A DNA stretch of 57,589 bases from Oscillospiraceae bacterium. GTDB lineage: Bacteria; Bacillota; Clostridia; Oscillospirales; CAG-272. Shown piece by piece: positions 52,465 through 57,589 of this stretch. Below the pieces are notes generated by a model. That model had not been told where the DNA came from, made no database searches, and saw only the letters and a list, made by a program, of their open reading frames with translations. Where the stretch lies: the NCBI GenBank assembly GCA_015064065.1, contig SVSY01000002.1, forward strand, positions 1-57,589, in the 5' to 3' direction. Every line of letters starts with the position of its first letter. Within the stretch, counting starts at the first letter, position 1. The translations under genes and the position numbers were made by a program.

Positions 52465-54069
52465 ATGAAAAAGAATTTCTTAAAAGCACTGTCACTTTTG
52501 CTTGTTATAGTAACTCTTTCGCTGATGGTCTCCTGCAACTTCGGTGACATTCTTGAGGATATCGCTCCCGATGACCTCGGAAACGGTGTCGAAAACAGCA
52601 CAAGCGGCGACGTACAATTCACGCTTGAGGCTACCGAGATCGAAACCTACAAGGAGACCAACCAGTACGGAGGAGAACCCTCCTTCGTCGTAGGAATTCC
52701 CGACCACAGCATCGATTTTGAAGGTGCTGACGTCAGCGTTCTGTACAGCAACTCTGTTCTTAATATGCGTGAGTGGTATAAGGAGACTCCCGAGGACGAG
52801 TTCGACGAAGCTGTCTCGATGGTACGTAACGCCGTAGAAGAAGTGCTGAACGTTAATATCAAATATGAGTTCATAAACTTCAACGCTATGAGCTACACCG
52901 AATATACCAACAAGCTGTGCAATATTATAATGACAGACGTAAACAGCGCTCTGCATTACTACGACGTTTCGGCTAACCTCGCCTTTGCTTCGACTTCTCC
53001 GCTTATTCGCGACTACACGGCTAATTTGCTCGACGAAGAGGTCTTTCCGTACTTTGATTTCTCGTTGCCCTGTTGGAATCAGTCTATAGTAACCGATACC
53101 GCAGTTAACGATCAGCTTTTCTATCTTGCGGGCGATATGAATATTTCGTTGCTTGATTCATTGGCGGTAATGTGGTACAACAAGACGCTTTACGACAAAT
53201 ACAAGCAAGCAGATGACCCGGATAACCTTCAGGATTTTGCTCTTAGCCAACTGTGGACCTACGAAGAGCTTTACAAGTGGACCTCGCGTGTATACCAAGA
53301 AGATATTTCCGACGACTTTTGTACACTCGTAACCGACGGAAAAGATTCGTCGCTCACCGACGCTTTGCTGTACGCTTGGGATATCGACCTTGTTATTTCT
53401 GCTGACGACGGAAGTCATTCCTTCGCGCTTAGCGACAATGACAGATTGGAGTCGGCTCTCGTAAACGCCCGTCAGCTTATTCATGCCGACAGCACTCGCC
53501 ATAATAAAGCGATCAACACTTTCACGTCGGGAAATGCGATCTTCTATATGGGAACGCTGTATAAAGACAAGAGCTCGAATATGATGATACGCGAAATGGA
53601 CGCCACCTACGGTCTTCTTCCAATACCTAAATACAACTCAGATCAGCGCGATTATATTACGACACCCGAGAGCGACTACCATTCTCTTATATTTGTCCTC
53701 AACCACGCAAGATCGGAGGGTGAAATATATGGAGAATTGATATCCGCCTATCTTCAGCTCACGGCTGAAGAAGCCTCCGTGAGTATCCGCGGATACTACC
53801 TTAACAGAATAGTCAAGCCAAAGTACTTTGGCACCGACGACTCCGAGCTCACAGTTTCCAAATCTATTGCTCTGTTAGATGTTATCCTTGCCAATATCAA
53901 GATAGATTTTGCAAAGATCTATTTCTATCAGCTCAATAATGTCAATTACCTTTGGAGTGACGCCTGCCTTTCGGAAGATTACAAAACTATCGGCTCGCTC
54001 TACGAAGAGCGTAAAAACGCTTTCGAAACAGCTCTTGGTGACACTGATGCTTGGCTTGGGCTAAAATAA
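52465..54069 (+). CDS. large lipoprotein, paralog 3 of 3
   Basis: 534 aa with the same leader and core motifs. Confidence 0.5.
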   Translation: MKKNFLKALSLLLVIVTLSLMVSCNFGDILEDIAPDDLGNGVENSTSGDVQFTLEATEIETYKETNQYGGEPSFVVGIPDHSIDFEGADVSVLYSNSVLNMREWYKETPEDEFDEAVSMVRNAVEEVLNVNIKYEFINFNAMSYTEYTNKLCNIIMTDVNSALHYYDVSANLAFASTSPLIRDYTANLLDEEVFPYFDFSLPCWNQSIVTDTAVNDQLFYLAGDMNISLLDSLAVMWYNKTLYDKYKQADDPDNLQDFALSQLWTYEELYKWTSRVYQEDISDDFCTLVTDGKDSSLTDALLYAWDIDLVISADDGSHSFALSDNDRLESALVNARQLIHADSTRHNKAINTFTSGNAIFYMGTLYKDKSSNMMIREMDATYGLLPIPKYNSDQRDYITTPESDYHSLIFVLNHARSEGEIYGELISAYLQLTAEEASVSIRGYYLNRIVKPKYFGTDDSELTVSKSIALLDVILANIKIDFAKIYFYQLNNVNYLWSDACLSEDYKTIGSLYEERKNAFETALGDTDAWLGLK

Positions 54070-54096
54070 CACACAAACCCTATAAACTAAAAGCAC

Positions 54097-54130
54097 CGCC
54101 GCGGCTGGTAAGACAGCCGCGGCGTTTTCG
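54097..54130. terminator. terminator after the lipoprotein row (convergent with the DeoR gene)
   Basis: An 11-bp GC-rich stem cgccgcggctg/cagccgcggcg with loop gtaaga, followed by TTTTCGTT. Confidence 0.75.
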
Positions 54131-54143
54131 TTAGTTTATATTT

Positions 54144-54881
54144 TTAACAGATTATCCTGCAACGTGCGTTCAATTCGGGAATAGGCTTATCGAATACGCA
54201 AACGTCGATGTCGTTCACAGATGTCAATCTATATAGCGATCTCTGACCGAATTTCTCACTGTCGCAAAGAAATACACTGCATTTTGCATTCTTGAGCATA
54301 AGCTCGCGAATATGGTTCTCTTCGGGTATCGGATCGTATATGTAACCTTCAAAGTCAAGGCTCTGCGACGAGAAGAAAAGTATATCGGGAAATATCTTCA
54401 CGACCGCACTATACGCCTGCTCACCCGACAAAACGACCGAATTATCTACCGACTCTCCACCGATACAGTAGGTCTTAATGCCGTAATTTACCGCGTTTAT
54501 CGCTGTCTGCATATTGTTCGTAAAAACTATCATATCCTTGAATTTCGCGATGTGAGGCACCATAAAACCCGCCGTAGACGAGCCGTCAAGCATTACCGTC
54601 TGTCCGTCGCGCAAAAGCTCGGATGCGTTCTTTGCTATCCTTCTCTTCTGCGCGATATTTTTCTCCATTCGGCTGTTGAGCGGAACCGCGTGATTGAGAT
54701 CTCTGAACACCGATGCACCGCCATGCGTTCTGCGTACGAGCGAGAGATTTTGCAGGTGTGTAAGATCGCGTCTTATGCTCGACTGCGAAGTATAGGTCTG
54801 CTCCGACAGACGCTCAACGCTCATAAATCCGTTCTCATCAAGCAAAGCAAGTATCTGCTGTTGTCTTTTAGTAATGCTCAT
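54144..54881 (-). CDS. DeoR/GlpR-family transcriptional regulator
   Basis: 245 aa with an N-terminal HTH (RQQQILALLDENGFMSVERLSEQTYTSQSSIRRDL) and a C-terminal sugar-phosphate-binding DeoR-C domain. Confidence 0.85.
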   Translation of the reverse strand: MSITKRQQQILALLDENGFMSVERLSEQTYTSQSSIRRDLTHLQNLSLVRRTHGGASVFRDLNHAVPLNSRMEKNIAQKRRIAKNASELLRDGQTVMLDGSSTAGFMVPHIAKFKDMIVFTNNMQTAINAVNYGIKTYCIGGESVDNSVVLSGEQAYSAVVKIFPDILFFSSQSLDFEGYIYDPIPEENHIRELMLKNAKCSVFLCDSEKFGQRSLYRLTSVNDIDVCVFDKPIPELNARCRIIC

Positions 54882-54945
54882 TTCCCCTCTCCTTTTGCGC
54901 GTTTTGATAAATTAAATGCTTATTTACCCATTTTTGCGCCGCATA

Positions 54946-54974
54946 TTGCATTTATTCCGGTCATAGTCTATAAT
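54946..54974 (+). promoter_or_regulatory. sigma-A promoter for the aldolase gene
   Basis: TTGCAT (54946-54951), a 17-nt spacer and TATAAT (54969-54974). Confidence 0.5.
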
Positions 54975-55040
54975 AATTATAATAAATTTTGAGCAAAAGT
55001 CAATAGCTTTAAAAAAATTCAAAACATCAAGGAGCAAAAA

Positions 55041-55694
55041 ATGAAACTTTTTATTGATACTGCAAACGTAGACGAGATAAGACGCGCAAATGAGCTCGGC
55101 GTTATCTGCGGAGTTACCACCAACCCCTCTCTTATCGCACGTGAGGGACGCGATTTTATCGAAGTCATCAAAGAGATCACCGAAATAGTAGATGGACCTA
55201 TAAGCGCAGAGGTCATTTCCCTCAAGGCTGACGAGATGGTAAAGGAAGCTTGCGAGCTTTACGAAAAGATCGGAAGCAAAAATACCGTTATCAAAATACC
55301 TATGTGCACCGAGGGTCTCAAGGCAACCAAGCGCCTTACCGAGCTTGGAATAAAGACCAACGTAACACTTATTTTCTCCACCGCTCAGGCGCTTTTAGCG
55401 GCAAGAGCCGGCGCTACTTACGTCAGCCCCTTTGTCGGCAGACTTGACGACATCGGAGACAACGGAATTTCCTTGGTAGAGGATATCGCAAATATTTTCA
55501 GATACTACGACATAAAGACCGAAATAATCGCCGCATCTATCCGCACCTCCGCGCACGTTACCGATGCTGCAAGAGCGGGAAGCGATATAGCAACAGTTCC
55601 TTACAAGGTAATTGAAAGCATGATATCGCACCCTCTTACTACCTCGGGAATTGAACGTTTTCTTGCCGATTGGGCAACGGTCGAAAATAAATAA
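55041..55694 (+). CDS. fructose-6-phosphate aldolase / short transaldolase (TalC/Fsa subfamily)
   Basis: 217 aa with [17 protein letters not shown], the Schiff-base lysine region VIKIP, and VSPFVGR. Confidence 0.85.
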   Translation: MKLFIDTANVDEIRRANELGVICGVTTNPSLIAREGRDFIEVIKEITEIVDGPISAEVISLKADEMVKEACELYEKIGSKNTVIKIPMCTEGLKATKRLTELGIKTNVTLIFSTAQALLAARAGATYVSPFVGRLDDIGDNGISLVEDIANIFRYYDIKTEIIAASIRTSAHVTDAARAGSDIATVPYKVIESMISHPLTTSGIERFLADWATVENK

Positions 55695-55702
55695 CCGTTT
55701 AT

Positions 55703-55739
55703 AAAAAATGCTGTCTCAAAAATGAGACAGCATTTTTTA
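55703..55739. terminator. bidirectional terminator between the convergent aldolase gene and the 55740-57152 gene
   Basis: Stem atgctgtctca/tgagacagcat flanked by AAAAA upstream and TTTTTT downstream. Confidence 0.8.
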
Positions 55740-57152
55740 TTATATTTGTCTGTTCTGCGGTCCGTAGATGTTACTTCCCTTATTCTGCGGTCCTTCGAGC
55801 TGTACCTCGCGCCATTTATTCTCGAAGCTGAGGATCTCTGCCGACGGGCAAAGCGCCTCTTCTCTGCCGAAGTAGCGCATTCTGAATTTCTGTGCGAGAG
55901 CCTGATTTAGCTCAACGAGCTCACGCGGCGCATCTCCCATAGCGTATGCACGCATAGAAACGCCTACACCCTCGCAATATCTCTCGTATTTCGGGAAGAA
56001 ATGCGTGAGCAGGAACTGTGCATAGCTTGCATAGCGAAGCTTTCCGTATACTCTGAACTGACGTGCATATTCGTCGCTTCCGTTAGCCTCGATGGCAACG
56101 CTCTTGCCGCTCTTGATAGCCTCAAGCACCGCTTCTTCGCTGTCTGCCTTTGAGAAAAGAACGGTGAAACAGAATGGGAAATAAATAGAATTCTCTATTT
56201 TATGAACGTCACTCGAACCTACTACCGATATATCAAGTCCCTCTGCGCGAAGCTCGCTCCAAAGGTTGACCGAACGGTTTATACCTATCTGCTCCATACC
56301 GCCGACAAGCTCGTATGCATCGAACATTCCGCTCTTCAGCAGGATAGACGCAAACTCGTCACACTCGTTGTAAACTAAATTCTTCGGTCTCCAATAGGGG
56401 TGCGGGAATATCGCAAGTCCGCCCGCCTCATGTATCTTATCGGTCGCCCACATGGCGCGCGCGTAGCGATAAGCATACTTCTCTGGAATATTTGCGGGAA
56501 CCTTCTTTTCGTATTCGGCGATCTCTGCATTATACTTTTCGGGGGTCTTGAAATACCGATCGCAGACGCTCCGATCTCCGCCAACGTGTACTATATGTAC
56601 AGGAGAGGTAGGAGTGTGTAGCTCCTCGCCGCGAACTCTGAGAAGACCCGTATCAACGCCCGCATATACCTCGTCTATCTCACCGCCCGGGTAGTATCTG
56701 TTATGGTCGGTGAGCGCAAAGCAATCGTAGCCCTGCTCGCGATAAAATCCCGCGAGAGCGGCGGGGTCGCGCTGTCCGTCAGAGCGGTAGGAGTGTGAAT
56801 GGAAATCCGCCTTTATCGGAATCGTGGCGTAAAGATCCTCATACAGAGAATAAACGTAAAATCTGCAAACAGCATTCTCGCCCTTGTAAAGAGCCACGAA
56901 ATGCTCCTGCTCGCCCTCAAAGCGATAGGTAAAGCGTATTACGCCGTTCTGCGCCTTACAGGGCTCGAGCTTCAGCGCAGAAGTATAATAATCGTTGAGC
57001 TCATCGGAATTGATCGAAGCCACGGCTATGCTGTACTCAGCGTCGTCAAAGAGTGCGAAGGCTCTTTCAAGGGGCGCTATGGTCATCTCGACCTCTTTAT
57101 TGGCAGGTACTACAGAGGGATATATAGAATAGATCTCTTTTGTTGGAAGCAT
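55740..57152 (-). CDS. PHP/CehA-type metallohydrolase-like protein with an N-terminal ~115-aa extra domain
   Basis: 470 aa with ADFHSHSYRSDG and ALTDHN PHP-type His/Asp motifs. Confidence 0.6.
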   Translation of the reverse strand: MLPTKEIYSIYPSVVPANKEVEMTIAPLERAFALFDDAEYSIAVASINSDELNDYYTSALKLEPCKAQNGVIRFTYRFEGEQEHFVALYKGENAVCRFYVYSLYEDLYATIPIKADFHSHSYRSDGQRDPAALAGFYREQGYDCFALTDHNRYYPGGEIDEVYAGVDTGLLRVRGEELHTPTSPVHIVHVGGDRSVCDRYFKTPEKYNAEIAEYEKKVPANIPEKYAYRYARAMWATDKIHEAGGLAIFPHPYWRPKNLVYNECDEFASILLKSGMFDAYELVGGMEQIGINRSVNLWSELRAEGLDISVVGSSDVHKIENSIYFPFCFTVLFSKADSEEAVLEAIKSGKSVAIEANGSDEYARQFRVYGKLRYASYAQFLLTHFFPKYERYCEGVGVSMRAYAMGDAPRELVELNQALAQKFRMRYFGREEALCPSAEILSFENKWREVQLEGPQNKGSNIYGPQNRQI

Positions 57153-57180
57153 ATTTTTTCTCCTTTTATTTTCTTATATT

Positions 57181-57589
57181 TTAAACTCTGTCTATAGTCA
57201 TTACCACGAAATAATTCGGATCAAGCTCGCTGACCTTTGAGCTTATGGCGCGCTTTATATCGTCGTCGCTCTGCTTTAATTCAAAGGGAACGTTGACGTC
57301 GAATATCAGATTTGTATGCGTCGTTCCCTCAACGAAACGGAAGTCGTGTATATCGAGCTTCTCGTCGACAGTCCTTACAAGCGATGATATCTTTTCTCTG
57401 AGCTCGTTTACGCGCTCGTCGTCGGTAACTATCGGGTCCATATGTACCGTTGCGCGCACCGAAAGCTCGGCAAAAAGTCTTTTTTCAATGGTGTCTATAA
57501 CGTCGTGCGTGTAGAAAACGTTTTGCGAGCCGTCTACCTCCACGTGAAATGATGCTATCGTATTACCCGGTCCGTAGTTATGGACGACC
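57181..57589 (-). CDS. cation diffusion facilitator family transporter, C-terminal part (5' end outside the window)
   Basis: The ORF stays open to the window edge. The C-terminal cytoplasmic domain is typical of CDF proteins (ASFHVEVDG...VHMDP...DIHDFRFV). Confidence 0.6.
   Translation of the reverse strand, partial: VVHNYGPGNTIASFHVEVDGSQNVFYTHDVIDTIEKRLFAELSVRATVHMDPIVTDDERVNELREKISSLVRTVDEKLDIHDFRFVEGTTHTNLIFDVNVPFELKQSDDDIKRAISSKVSELDPNYFVVMTIDRV

Overview
This 57.6-kb chromosomal window has roughly 50% GC and looks like a Gram-positive anaerobe, probably Clostridia. The clues are GGAGG ribosome-binding sites, a T-box leader, RqcH, a type II pantothenate kinase and IorAB. All calls were made by eye from the sequence and the ORF track; no searches were run. 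Most of the window is ordinary housekeeping or metabolism: a hexuronate/KDG operon with an embedded GH95 (uxuA, SDR, GH95, eda, kdgK), a stand-alone tRNA-Thr(CGU), rsmA, a coaW-like/G1P-dehydrogenase-like/TIM-barrel operon, a HAD hydrolase, rqcH, a heterodimeric ABC exporter pair, an acyl-CoA synthetase with iorAB, an autoregulated zur-znuACB operon with a perfect Zur box, glyA, mgsA, T-box-controlled thrS, dut, asnS, two PHP-family proteins, two TIM-barrel isomerase-like proteins, three tandem paralogous lipoproteins, a DeoR regulator, an Fsa/Tal aldolase and a truncated CDF transporter. The outstanding region is a nine-gene minus-strand operon of about 15.5 kb (16641-32065) with one consensus promoter and tight or overlapping gene junctions. 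It encodes two nearly identical membrane-anchored McrB-family AAA+ NTPases that share 1128 bp at 99.7% identity. Between them lies a McrC/DUF2357-like protein whose nuclease is replaced by a long coiled coil. The operon also encodes a third, degenerate McrB paralog fused through a TM hairpin to a catalytically degenerate GH3-like domain, three uncharacterised membrane proteins (one CvpA-like), a membrane-anchored transglutaminase and a second MBG-repeat surface protein. This looks like a McrBC motor stripped of its DNA-reading and nuclease modules and rewired to the membrane or cell surface. I do not know of a described system with this composition. No CRISPR arrays, rRNA genes, transposases or integrases were seen.
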